Shown piece by piece: positions 27,542 to 35,786 of a stretch of DNA of 35,786 nt (positions within the stretch are counted from its first letter, which is position 1; each line of letters starts with the position of its first letter). The notes under the pieces are model-generated. The model was not told where the DNA came from. It searched no databases and was given only the letters and a program-made list of their open reading frames with translations. The position numbers and the translations under genes were made by a program. The stretch comes from Armatimonadota bacterium (GTDB lineage: Bacteria > Armatimonadota > Zipacnadia > Zipacnadales > UBA5352): contig JAYENL010000144.1 in assembly GCA_034722055.1 (NCBI GenBank), positions 1-35,786 on the forward strand. Reading direction: 5' to 3'.

Positions 27542-28681
27542 ATGACACCACAAGCGCAGATTATCGAGTCGAGAGTCATCTGCAGGCAGCCGGGGCGGTA
27601 CATCGGCTGGCCAACGATCGCGAAGGCCGCCGATGGCGAGCTGTTTGTGGTCTTCTCCGGCGACCGCGACGCCCACGTGGACCCCTTCGGGAAGACCTGC
27701 TTCATGAAGTCCTCTGATCGCGGCGCGACCTGGTCCGACGCCGTGGTCATCACCGACACACCCCTTGACGACCGCGATGCGGGCATCTGTGTCGCCCCCG
27801 ATGGCTCGTTGGTTGTGAGCTGGTTCACCTCACACTACGACGACTACCTCGCCATGGAGCACTACTGTCAGGGCGAGGAGGAGCGGTGGAAGAAGGCGCT
27901 CTCGCAGGTCAGTGAGGAGGATGTGGTCCGGTGGACACATGCCGGCAGCGGCGTCGCGCCCGGCCGCCGGATGGGCTTCTGGACGAGGCGCTCCTCCGAC
28001 CGAGGGGAGGCGTGGGAGGACCCGGTGCCGTCGATCTGCTGCACGCCCCATGGGCCGATCTCGCTTTCCGACGGCAGGCTGCTCTTCGTGGGTAAGGCTG
28101 ACTTCGGGCGGGAGGAGGGGCGGGCGTTCCTGGGCGCGGCGGAGTCGCGCGATGACGGTCGTTCATGGGAACTGATCGGGCGCATCAACGCCCTGCCGGA
28201 GTACGGCGGGGATGCCGAGGAGGCCTACGCGTACCTGTGCGAGCCGCACGCGATCGAGGTCGCGCCTGATCGCATCGTCGCCATGGCGCGTTACGAAGAG
28301 CGAGGCGTTGCACGGGATGCGCGACGCCCGTCGATGCTGTGGCAGTTCGAATCAGGGGACGGCGGTCGCACATGGACCGAGCCGCGGCGCACCGACATCG
28401 TCGGAAAGCCGCCGCACCTGACTCGGCTCAGCGACGGTCGCATCCTGCTCACTTACGGCTACCGGCATGACCCCTACGGCCAGCGCGCGTGTCTCTCCAG
28501 CGATGGCGGACAGACGTGGGATTACGACAACGAAATCATCCTGCGTGATGACGCGCCCAACGGCGACCTGGGCTATCCCGCGTCGGTGGAGTGTGACGAC
28601 GGGACGATCCTCACCGTCTACTACCAGAAGGAAACGCTGGCCGAGAAGACCGTGCTCATGACCACGCGCTGGCGCGTGTGA
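27542..28681 (+). CDS. Sialidase-family BNR/Asp-box beta-propeller protein, no signal peptide
   Basis: YIGWP in place of RIP, Asp boxes SSDRGATW, SSDRGEAW, SRDDGRSW, SGDGGRTW, SSDGGQTW, CEP, DLGYP, TVYY. AAGGAAG RBS. Confidence 0.85.
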   Translation: MTPQAQIIESRVICRQPGRYIGWPTIAKAADGELFVVFSGDRDAHVDPFGKTCFMKSSDRGATWSDAVVITDTPLDDRDAGICVAPDGSLVVSWFTSHYDDYLAMEHYCQGEEERWKKALSQVSEEDVVRWTHAGSGVAPGRRMGFWTRRSSDRGEAWEDPVPSICCTPHGPISLSDGRLLFVGKADFGREEGRAFLGAAESRDDGRSWELIGRINALPEYGGDAEEAYAYLCEPHAIEVAPDRIVAMARYEERGVARDARRPSMLWQFESGDGGRTWTEPRRTDIVGKPPHLTRLSDGRILLTYGYRHDPYGQRACLSSDGGQTWDYDNEIILRDDAPNGDLGYPASVECDDGTILTVYYQKETLAEKTVLMTTRWRV

Positions 28682-28738
28682 GCGGCGCCCGAGCTGGTCG
28701 AACGTTTGCGCTGTGAACCTGGCGCAAGGAGTACGGCA

Positions 28739-28996
28739 ATGCCAAAGGACCTTTGGCTGCCGTAGGGGGACCCACGGCACACAATCGCTGAGGCGCTGCC
28801 CCGAATGCGTCGGACAACGCGCCCCCGTACCATTTCGGCAGTCGCGTTGGCGTTGGGCACGCATTCTCTTTGGGATACCTACAGTCAGTCGCTGGTGCGG
28901 CTGGAGCAGGCTGCGATCGGCGACTGCAAGGCCGCCCTCGATTCCCTCGTCGGTTCCCTCTCGAAGTTCGCTCGCCATTGTCAGCAACTGGCTTGA
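28739..28996 (+). pseudogene. Short interrupted ORF, possible XRE-HTH remnant
   Basis: AAGGAG plus ATG28739, in-frame TAG at codon 9 (28763-28765), frame stays open to TGA28996. Contains RTTRPRTISAVALALG. Confidence 0.35.
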
Positions 28997-29336
28997 GAGC
29001 ACAGAGAAGACGTGACTGTCGCCGCCAGAAAGCCGAGCGGTCCCTGGCCGATCTCCAGGCATCGGTCCTGAGCATTGGGCTGAAGGCGCCCGGGCGCGAC
29101 GCGGTCTGGCGAATCCATCGAGAAGGGGCCGCCATAGATGAGGCGGCCGAACGTGAGGACCCGGGGCAGCCCGGTCGCATGTCTCATCCAGGCCGTCCAT
29201 GGGCTCGCGCCGTCACCGGCGCGATGACCGAACCGTGCAGGACAGTGCCGCCATTCCGCGGAAGACGGCTTGCGACCTCTCAGAATCGTCCCGGAGCCCG
29301 GCCGCGCGCCAGGCCGCCGGGGGAAGGGAGATGAGC

Positions 29337-29774
29337 ATGCGAGCGCGCCCGCACCACCTCATCGACATCGTCACTCAGTACGGCGCCGGAAGGGCATTCG
29401 GTCCACACGATTACGGTCACGCAGTGCACACCGTCGCCGAGCGCGTGATCTCCGATCCGGACGTGGCGGTTGAGTTCGTGGTCGATGCCGACGACATCTG
29501 CGCCCCATGTGTGCACCTGGTAGAGGGACGCTGCGACGATGTGCTCAGCCAGCTCGACCCTCCCGTCTCGAAGCAGGCGTACAACGACGATCTCGACCGG
29601 AGGCTGCTGGCGCACCTGGAGATGCATGAGGGGCAGGTCATGAGCTTCCGGGAGTACCTCGCGGTGATCAGGGCTCACATAGACGGGATCGAGCAGGTGT
29701 GCGCACACCCCGGTGAAGACCCGGCGCAGAGGCTGTCCGACCTCACGCGAGGCCTCGAGAAGCTTGAGCAGTGA
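29337..29774 (+). CDS. DUF1284-family probable metal-binding protein
   Basis: MR.RPHHL, V....DDIC.PC.HL....C, D...L..L, C. GGGAG RBS. Confidence 0.8.
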   Translation: MRARPHHLIDIVTQYGAGRAFGPHDYGHAVHTVAERVISDPDVAVEFVVDADDICAPCVHLVEGRCDDVLSQLDPPVSKQAYNDDLDRRLLAHLEMHEGQVMSFREYLAVIRAHIDGIEQVCAHPGEDPAQRLSDLTRGLEKLEQ

Positions 29775-30197
29775 CACGCTCAGCGGTGCGCGGCGGAGTT
29801 GTCTGCCGGTGCAGCGTGCGCGAGGGTTGCGGGCTGAGGTCAGGCCGCCGCGGGGCCGTAGCCGGCCGAGGAAGTCAGCGAGAGGCGGGTGCAGGCGAAG
29901 CTGCATGGGTTGTGCGACCGAGCCGAGATCGACCCGAGAGGGACAGACGTGCGGGTTGCCTACCGATGATGCCGTCCTGCTCCCCCAACCAGTCGAGCCC
30001 TTCCGAACCTCCGACAGCCTGGGCCCTCGGCCGCACAGCACCGCATTCCGGCTGGCGCGGCTATCGGGAAGGCCAACGGACGAACTGGACGAACCTGTCT
30101 GCCAGGTGACCCACGGGCAGCCCGAGACACGCTCCTCAACACCCACCCGCATCCGGTCACGCCGGGTGAGATCGCCGAGGGTCGCAGGTCGATAGGG

Positions 30198-32195
30198 ATG
30201 GCGCAGCGACTGGAAGAGGTGGATGCGCCACGCAGCGGTGAGGGGACCGCACCCCGCCGGCTGCATCTTCGTACATTCGTTCTGGCGCTGGCCATTGTGG
30301 TGCTGAGCGTCAAGCTCAGTGTGCACCAGAGGATGGTCCAGTCGGCTGGGGCCCAGGTGGATTACGCCCTGGCCGTGCTGCTGGTGATGGTGCTTCTGGA
30401 GCCCGTGATCGAACCGCTCTTGAGCATGGGCCGGCGGAGCTACCTCTACATCTATGTCGCGACCCTTGTTGGTGTCGGTGTCTATGATGGTGTCAGCCGG
30501 TTTCTCCCCGTCTATACCGCGGCGCAGTACTTCGATGCCCCGGGTAACAACTACGGCCAGATAGCTGAGACCTATCCATCCTGGTTCATCCCCAAGGACC
30601 CGGAACTGATCCGTCAGTTCTACGAGGGCGCAACGGGGCCTGTGGATCTGACACCATGGCTGCCGACGATCGGCGTATGGACGGCCTTCTTCTGCGTTCT
30701 GTGGGGGACTCTGCTGTGTATCTGCATCCTGCTGCGCCGGCATTGGGTCGAGGACGAGCGCCTTGCATTCCCGCTCGTGCAGGTCCCCCTTTACATCACC
30801 GGATTCGGCCGTACCGCACAGACATCGGACAGAAGCATCTGGCAGCAGCCACTGATGTGGACGGGGTTCGGCCTGGTCACAGTGCACTTCATCACCATCA
30901 TGATCCATGCGGCGAACCCGTCCATGCCCACGCTGGGCCCGAGGTACGACCTGGGCCAGTTTTTCACCGAGTATCCGTTGGACGCCCTGGCCCGCCACTT
31001 CCTCTTCATCCACAACCCCCACCTGGTGGGGCTGGCGTACTTCGCACCACAGGACATCTGCTTTTCGATGTTCTTCTTTTTCTTCCTCATCAAGCTCCTG
31101 ATGCTGGTCTACCGGGTTGGCGGTCTGCACGAGCCGTCGGGTTTCCCGTTCTTCTGGGAGCAGGCGGCGGGCGCATTCGTGGGGATCGCGATCTACTACA
31201 CCTGGTCCGGTCGGGAGTACCTCGCGAAGCTGTGGCGGAACATCGTCGCCGGCCCCGACGCGCCGGGCGCGGCGCCCCGGGATCCCGATGCCCCGCTGTC
31301 GTACCGCCTCGCCGCGGGAGGGGCGGTGAGTGGCTTCATCATCCTATGCGTGTGGTACATCGCCGCCGGCATGACGTGGTGGATACCGCTCGTGTTCTTC
31401 GGCCTCATTGTGCTCTTTGCGACGATCTTCACCCGCGGACGGGCCGAGGCCGGCATCGGCTCACTGGCATCCTTCCCGTTCTGGCAGGCCAGCCGACAGA
31501 TCAAGAGCTTCCTCGGCACCCGTCCGCTGGCGCCCGGGGGCGACTACACGAACCTGTCGATGCTCGCCAGCCTCATCTTCCTGCACTTCGGCACCTTCCC
31601 CGAGACCATGACCTTCCAGATCGAGGGGCTGAAGATCAGCCAGGACGCCCGTCTCAGTGCCAAGGGCCTTACCGGCCTGATGTCTGTGGCACTGGTGCTG
31701 GGCCTGCTGGCGATGATGTGGCTCTCGATCACTGTGTTCTACGAATGGGGCGGCAACACGCTCTCCGGTGGGGTCACCGAGGGCGGCTATCACGTCCGCA
31801 TCACCATCGATCAGCTCTCAGATGTCAGCAGCGTCATCGAGGGCAATCACCGGCCGGTTGACAGGGCCCGCAACGCCTTTACCATCGGTGCCCTGCTGTT
31901 CACACTGCTGCTGGTGATGATCCGCCTGCGCTGGCTGCGTTTCCCGCTGCATCCGCTTGGCTGGGTGATGACCCTTCCGTATGGATATGCGTACTGGGGA
32001 CCGTTCTTTGCTGCCTGGCTCGTGAAGTGGGGCATACTCAAGTTCGGCGGAATGCGCCTTTACAATGCGCTGATCCCGTTCTTCATCGGGCTGATCGTGG
32101 GGCAGATCTTCTCCCTGAGCATACTCTGGCAGGTTGTGGCGGTATTCATGCCCGAGAGATGGCGTGCGCTGGCCGACCCGCTGAGCTACTTCTGA
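30198..32195 (+). CDS. Polytopic membrane protein, DUF6785/DUF6784-like putative transporter
   Basis: Many hydrophobic segments. FYEG, W..P...W..F, LRR.W...ERL.FPL..VP, GL.YF...DI.FS, R.RAE.G, R..W..FPLHPLG, F.AW..K..IL..GG...Y....PFF.GL..G. Confidence 0.82.
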   Translation: MAQRLEEVDAPRSGEGTAPRRLHLRTFVLALAIVVLSVKLSVHQRMVQSAGAQVDYALAVLLVMVLLEPVIEPLLSMGRRSYLYIYVATLVGVGVYDGVSRFLPVYTAAQYFDAPGNNYGQIAETYPSWFIPKDPELIRQFYEGATGPVDLTPWLPTIGVWTAFFCVLWGTLLCICILLRRHWVEDERLAFPLVQVPLYITGFGRTAQTSDRSIWQQPLMWTGFGLVTVHFITIMIHAANPSMPTLGPRYDLGQFFTEYPLDALARHFLFIHNPHLVGLAYFAPQDICFSMFFFFFLIKLLMLVYRVGGLHEPSGFPFFWEQAAGAFVGIAIYYTWSGREYLAKLWRNIVAGPDAPGAAPRDPDAPLSYRLAAGGAVSGFIILCVWYIAAGMTWWIPLVFFGLIVLFATIFTRGRAEAGIGSLASFPFWQASRQIKSFLGTRPLAPGGDYTNLSMLASLIFLHFGTFPETMTFQIEGLKISQDARLSAKGLTGLMSVALVLGLLAMMWLSITVFYEWGGNTLSGGVTEGGYHVRITIDQLSDVSSVIEGNHRPVDRARNAFTIGALLFTLLLVMIRLRWLRFPLHPLGWVMTLPYGYAYWGPFFAAWLVKWGILKFGGMRLYNALIPFFIGLIVGQIFSLSILWQVVAVFMPERWRALADPLSYF

Positions 32196-32233
32196 ATCAG
32201 AGCCTTCGGGCGGAGGCGCGCGAGCGCGATGAC

Positions 32234-32390
32234 ATGGCGACGAGACGGTTCGTGCGATGGTCCCGGCTGCCGGGCGCGGTCCTGGCGCCCGTGAACGCAG
32301 CAGTACTCCTGGTGGCGGCGCCATGGCTCGGACAGCCGGAGCTGAGTCTCCTGAACCGTGGCTTCGAGGACGTCGATGAGGCGACCGTGG
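32234..32390 (+). pseudogene. 5' fragment of a secreted CBM-containing gene
   Basis: GGAGG upstream, signal-peptide-like MATRRFVRWSRLPGAVLAPVNAAVLLVAAP, then LLNRGFE (first strand of CBM4/9-like domains). Recognisable similarity stops there. Confidence 0.4.
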
Positions 32391-32537
32391 ACCGGGATGC
32401 CGGTGCGCTTCCGGCCCACCGGCGGGCCCGAAGCATCAGCTTCGACGCCCGCACCCGCGCGAGACGGATCCTGGCCGGCATCGCATCCAGTCTGGAGGTC
32501 ATGGCCTTTGCGTTGAGCGGCCTCCGGTCTGCTCTCG

Positions 32538-33455
32538 TCACTCCGGCTCCTCGCCCGGCGGGGTCGCGTCCGCCGAAGCGTTCTCCAGCATCCGGAGAGC
32601 CTGTGCGGGAACCGTCTCGGGACCCACCCGCTGGGCCGAGCGGAGGTCCCTCGCCCTGGGGCGGGTCTGCGCCCCGAGCTCCCGCCACCTCACGATCCCC
32701 CCAAAGACCTGGCCGCCGTCGCCAACGTGCACGATCATCTTCGAGGCCGAGCCGACGACCATCGTACCGTCCACGACGCGGGCGAAGTACACCGTCAGCA
32801 TCTGGTCGAGAATCTGGCCCTCGGTGCCGGTGGTCGGGTCGTAGGACTGCGAGCGGACCCGCCCCACGTGTGCCAGGACCATCTCCTCCGAACGGCGTGG
32901 CGCCAGGCCGTTCTCGGCCAGGAGCTGCCGCGCGATGTCGGCCGCCCGCTCAGGGGTGGGCAGCTCGCCCGCCCGGTCGTCTATCTGGTCGGCGAAACCG
33001 CGGCTGAACGAGAACAGGCCGCTGTGGGTGTCCAGCATCATGAAGTCCGAGGGCCTCTGGTCGCTGGACACGGCGACGACCGTGTCCAGCCGCACAGGAT
33101 CGCCGCCCAGGCGGCCCCTGAACAGCCGCTGCCCCAGCGTGCTGAAGGAGCGCATGTCGAGACCGGGCGGCTCCAGCCGGTAGACGTTCAGCCGCGACGC
33201 CTCCTGGATCAGCTCATCACCGATGTCCCTCTGGAACACGACCTGTGGCGCGTGGCCCCCGAGCCGCCGGTCCCCGTCGGCTGCCGGCTGGGCCGGAACG
33301 ACGAGGGCCACGGCGACCAGCGAGACCAGCAACGTAACCACCAACGCCGCGATTCGCAGCCTCCTGGGGCCGCTGAGCGACCACGCTCGGCGATGACCTG
33401 CAACTCGCCCCTCACCTGGCGACCGCCGATGGCGGGGATGACATCGCCTCTGCAC
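32538..33455 (-). CDS. Exported hypothetical protein, start uncertain, possibly truncated
   Basis: Long ORF with host-like codons, signal-like RRLRIAALVVTLLVSLVAVALVVPAQPAA, LP..E.A..IA...L...GL and V.F.R.VDG..V.G..SK..V..G..G.V. No ATG near the signal segment. Confidence 0.65.
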   Translation of the reverse strand: MQRRCHPRHRRSPGEGRVAGHRRAWSLSGPRRLRIAALVVTLLVSLVAVALVVPAQPAADGDRRLGGHAPQVVFQRDIGDELIQEASRLNVYRLEPPGLDMRSFSTLGQRLFRGRLGGDPVRLDTVVAVSSDQRPSDFMMLDTHSGLFSFSRGFADQIDDRAGELPTPERAADIARQLLAENGLAPRRSEEMVLAHVGRVRSQSYDPTTGTEGQILDQMLTVYFARVVDGTMVVGSASKMIVHVGDGGQVFGGIVRWRELGAQTRPRARDLRSAQRVGPETVPAQALRMLENASADATPPGEEPE

Positions 33456-33972
33456 AGGCCATGGGCGCGTGTTCCCCGCAGATCCAGCACCCCGAACAGG
33501 GGCACGCGCACCGTGCCCTCGGCCGCCGGCAACGGGCGTGCTATCCGCAGATCAGCGCGGCGCAGCTCGATGACGCGCTCCCTGTCGTCGAACGCTCTCA
33601 TGAGGTGTGGCTCGTCTGCTGTGATCCTTCTGCGAGCATATTCGCCAGAGGGATCAGAGAGATTAGAGAGCTTCCTCGCGATTCCGCCGCTGGCGCCTGC
33701 GGGGTGGGGTGCCGTGTGCACCACGGGGTACCCGTGGCACCCACGCCGCCTGCGCGGGCAGCCATCTACGCCGCGGCGGGGCGCACAGTTCCCCCCTTGC
33801 CAGAAAAGATGACGTCTTAAGCGTCTTAAGGACCAATGCCGGACGCAAATAGAGTATAATGAGGCCGTCACATGAGAGCGGACCCTGCCAGCATCCGAGA
33901 CGGCACCTGCGCCGCTGGCCCATGGACACTGCCAAGACCGGCTGGCCGGATTGCCGGACGGAGGTGGCGTGG

Positions 33973-34230
33973 ATGGCTCGACCGGCGAACCACGCTCTTC
34001 CCCACGGTGTGTTCTGGACACGTCCGCTGACGCTCTCTGTGCTTGCTGCGGGTATCGTGATACTGATGCTCGGCCCGCTCGCTGCTGTCTTCGGCAACCG
34101 GAGCAGACGCACCACCGTGGCCCCGCATCAGACGCGAACTTCGGACACTCACTGCCAGTCGGTTCGCCGCAGTGCTATCCGGCCCCCGAACCCGCCTGAC
34201 GGCCCCAACGTCCAGAGCCAGAAGAGGTGA
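33973..34230 (+). CDS. Small single-TM hypothetical protein
   Basis: GGAGGT RBS before ATG33973, hydrophobic LTLSVLAAGIVILMLGPLAAVF. Its stop overlaps the RBS of the next gene. Confidence 0.45.
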   Translation: MARPANHALPHGVFWTRPLTLSVLAAGIVILMLGPLAAVFGNRSRRTTVAPHQTRTSDTHCQSVRRSAIRPPNPPDGPNVQSQKR

Positions 34231-34236
34231 TTGGCC

Positions 34237-35313
34237 ATGCGCTGTGTGCGTGAGCGGGCGGTACCAGTGGCGCTCCGACACGTGCTATTCCTGGTCGTGC
34301 GCCTCGGACTGTGCATCGCGGGTTCACTCTCGCTGAGTGCATTCGGCGACGAGGCCGACACTCGTCCTCTCACTCAGCCGCGCCAAGCTGAGCAGACCAC
34401 GCCCGAGGCCCCAATCCCCCTGTATGTTGTCTCCATGATGCACGCCGAGGACAAGCAGTTTTTCCGGAACAACAGGCATGCACTGCTCACGCACGCTCGC
34501 GGCCTGCGGGAGCTGACGGGCCTCTTCGCAGCCCACGGGGCCAGGCTGGCCTTCCAGCCCGACTGGACCTTCGTCGAGGGTGTCGCGAAATGGGAGCCCG
34601 AGCTGTTCGACTGGCTCCTTGAGCATGGCATGGGGCTGGATGCGCATACCCATGGCACCACCTTCACCCTCGAGGAGGTCGCCGAGCAGATCCGGGCCTG
34701 CGTGTCGGATGCTGAGTGGCGGGTGCGGGTGGGCAATGGTGACTTCGACAGGCCGCGTCCGCGTCGCGCCAATATGTTCTGGCCCTTCGCCCGCCCGTGG
34801 GGAGCGGACCGCACGCCCTACTTCGACGCCGTCTGCGCCTACAAGAACCCCCAGACCGGCGTGTCCGACTCCGCAGCCGTCGTCTGGCGGCCCGCGCTCC
34901 ACGGCGACTGGCATCGACACAGATCACGCGTGCCGCTGCTCTACATCGGCGGCGGTCCGCTGGGAGCGCTGCGCCATGACTTCAGCGTATTGAGCCAGGC
35001 GCTGGAGACTGGGCTGAGCCATCGGCGGCGCGGCTGCATCAACGTGCTGTACTGGCACGACAGCCTCCACAACTACCACTCAACCCCCGCGACGGCCCAC
35101 CGGCTCCAGCAGTGGGAGACGGCATTGACGAACACATTCGATCCTCTGGTCGCACAGGGCAAGAAGATCAGGTGGGCCGCCTTCTCGGAGATCGTGGACG
35201 GCTACCTTGAGCTTGAGGGCTCCCCTGACTTCGCGCTGCAGGACGGCGAGGTCATCGAGCAGATCTCGGGGCCCAGCAACACCCCGACATCGATGCAGCC
35301 GCTGCATCCCTGA
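34237..35313 (+). CDS. Exported NodB/CE4-superfamily-like (deacetylase/glycoside hydrolase barrel) protein
   Basis: GAGGTGA RBS, N-terminal hydrophobic segment, MMHAED, LF..HG.RL.F, G..LDAHTH, VLYWH, W..F.EI...Y. Confidence 0.65.
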   Translation: MRCVRERAVPVALRHVLFLVVRLGLCIAGSLSLSAFGDEADTRPLTQPRQAEQTTPEAPIPLYVVSMMHAEDKQFFRNNRHALLTHARGLRELTGLFAAHGARLAFQPDWTFVEGVAKWEPELFDWLLEHGMGLDAHTHGTTFTLEEVAEQIRACVSDAEWRVRVGNGDFDRPRPRRANMFWPFARPWGADRTPYFDAVCAYKNPQTGVSDSAAVVWRPALHGDWHRHRSRVPLLYIGGGPLGALRHDFSVLSQALETGLSHRRRGCINVLYWHDSLHNYHSTPATAHRLQQWETALTNTFDPLVAQGKKIRWAAFSEIVDGYLELEGSPDFALQDGEVIEQISGPSNTPTSMQPLHP

Positions 35314-35389
35314 GCTTCGTTGTAGGCAGGTGTGTGACCGGCGAGCCGGCTCTTGGCGCCATGGACGAAACTCGGCCCACCGGCACCAG

Positions 35390-35509
35390 GACGACCAATG
35401 GGTCACGGATGCGCACGTGCATCGGAAGATGGCGGACGGCCAGTACATCTGGTCCAAGTATCGCCATGCCTCCGACCACCAGCCGGTCTCCGTACAACTG
35501 CACCTGTAG
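35390..35509 (+). pseudogene. C-terminal remnant of an endonuclease/exonuclease/phosphatase (EEP) gene
   Basis: Translates as WVTDAHVH...YRHASDHQPVSVQLHL-stop. SDHxPV just before the stop is the EEP terminal motif. No N-terminal part is visible. Confidence 0.55.
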
Positions 35510-35692
35510 CACCGTGGGGGCGTCGCGTCGCCCAGCAGGTGCGTCATGTCAGCCAGCAGGAAGGCGGCGGCCCGGAGCGGAACGAAGCCCGGAGTCCAGG
35601 GCTGCATGACAGCTCGTGGAGCACTACCCTGCCACCGGCATCGCTTCAGGGGGGCAGTCCGTCCTCGGCGCGGAACCTCGTGTTCCGGGGAC

Positions 35693-35721
35693 TTGACCAA
35701 GGACGAGATTTATACTATATT
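35693..35721 (+). promoter_or_regulatory. Sigma70-type promoter for a gene starting at the window edge
   Basis: TTGACC (35693-35698), 17 nt, TATATT (35716-35721) in an AT-rich patch. GGAGG at 35776-35780 and ATG at 35784-35786. Confidence 0.65.
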
Positions 35722-35786
35722 TATAAGTGACGCATAGGTCGTGTGTCAACACGTGCCTGCTGGCGCAGGCGCCACGGAGGAAGATG

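Noticed and set aside
29775..30197. ncRNA, riboswitch or small CDS in the 420-nt gap before the DUF6785-type gene
   Set aside because: No recognisable RNA family consensus or convincing ORF by eye. An Rfam scan would be needed.
26416..35786. Integron cassette array or genomic island with defined att sites
   Set aside because: No attC-like RYYYAAC...GTTRRRY structures after the genes, and no integrase, tRNA or flanking direct repeats were seen.

Overview
High-GC bacterial chromosomal window. The lineage is inferred, not proven: a DUF6785-type membrane protein and modular GH20-domain-2 glycosidases suggest Armatimonadota or a similar group. Positions 1-11.6 kb are a tightly coupled + strand housekeeping run, purC-tilS-ftsH-folK-(GspF/PilC family)-(membrane J-domain protein)-panC-panD-nadC. 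A compositionally different two-gene cassette (membrane-anchored protein plus small HTH protein, with its own extended -10 promoter) sits directly in front of panC. Positions 11.6-18.4 kb hold two AP_endonuc_2 TIM-barrel proteins, a divergent fucose-isomerase-like protein, an HtrA protease, an orphan CcrM/M.HinfI-like DNA adenine methyltransferase and a convergent HhH-containing DNA-modification/repair radical SAM gene. Positions 18.5-35.8 kb are an accessory glycan-use region: two divergent modular GH84/GH20-like enzymes (one with an apparently circularly permuted CBM inserted in the barrel), two signal-less sialidase/BNR proteins, DUF1284, a DUF6785-type membrane protein and several gene remnants. 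No rRNA, tRNA, CRISPR array, integrase or transposase was recognised. Best novelty candidates are the TIM-barrel/methyltransferase/radical-SAM cluster, the cassette before panC, the DUF6785-associated glycan locus and the permuted CBM insert. All are hypotheses that need database checks.
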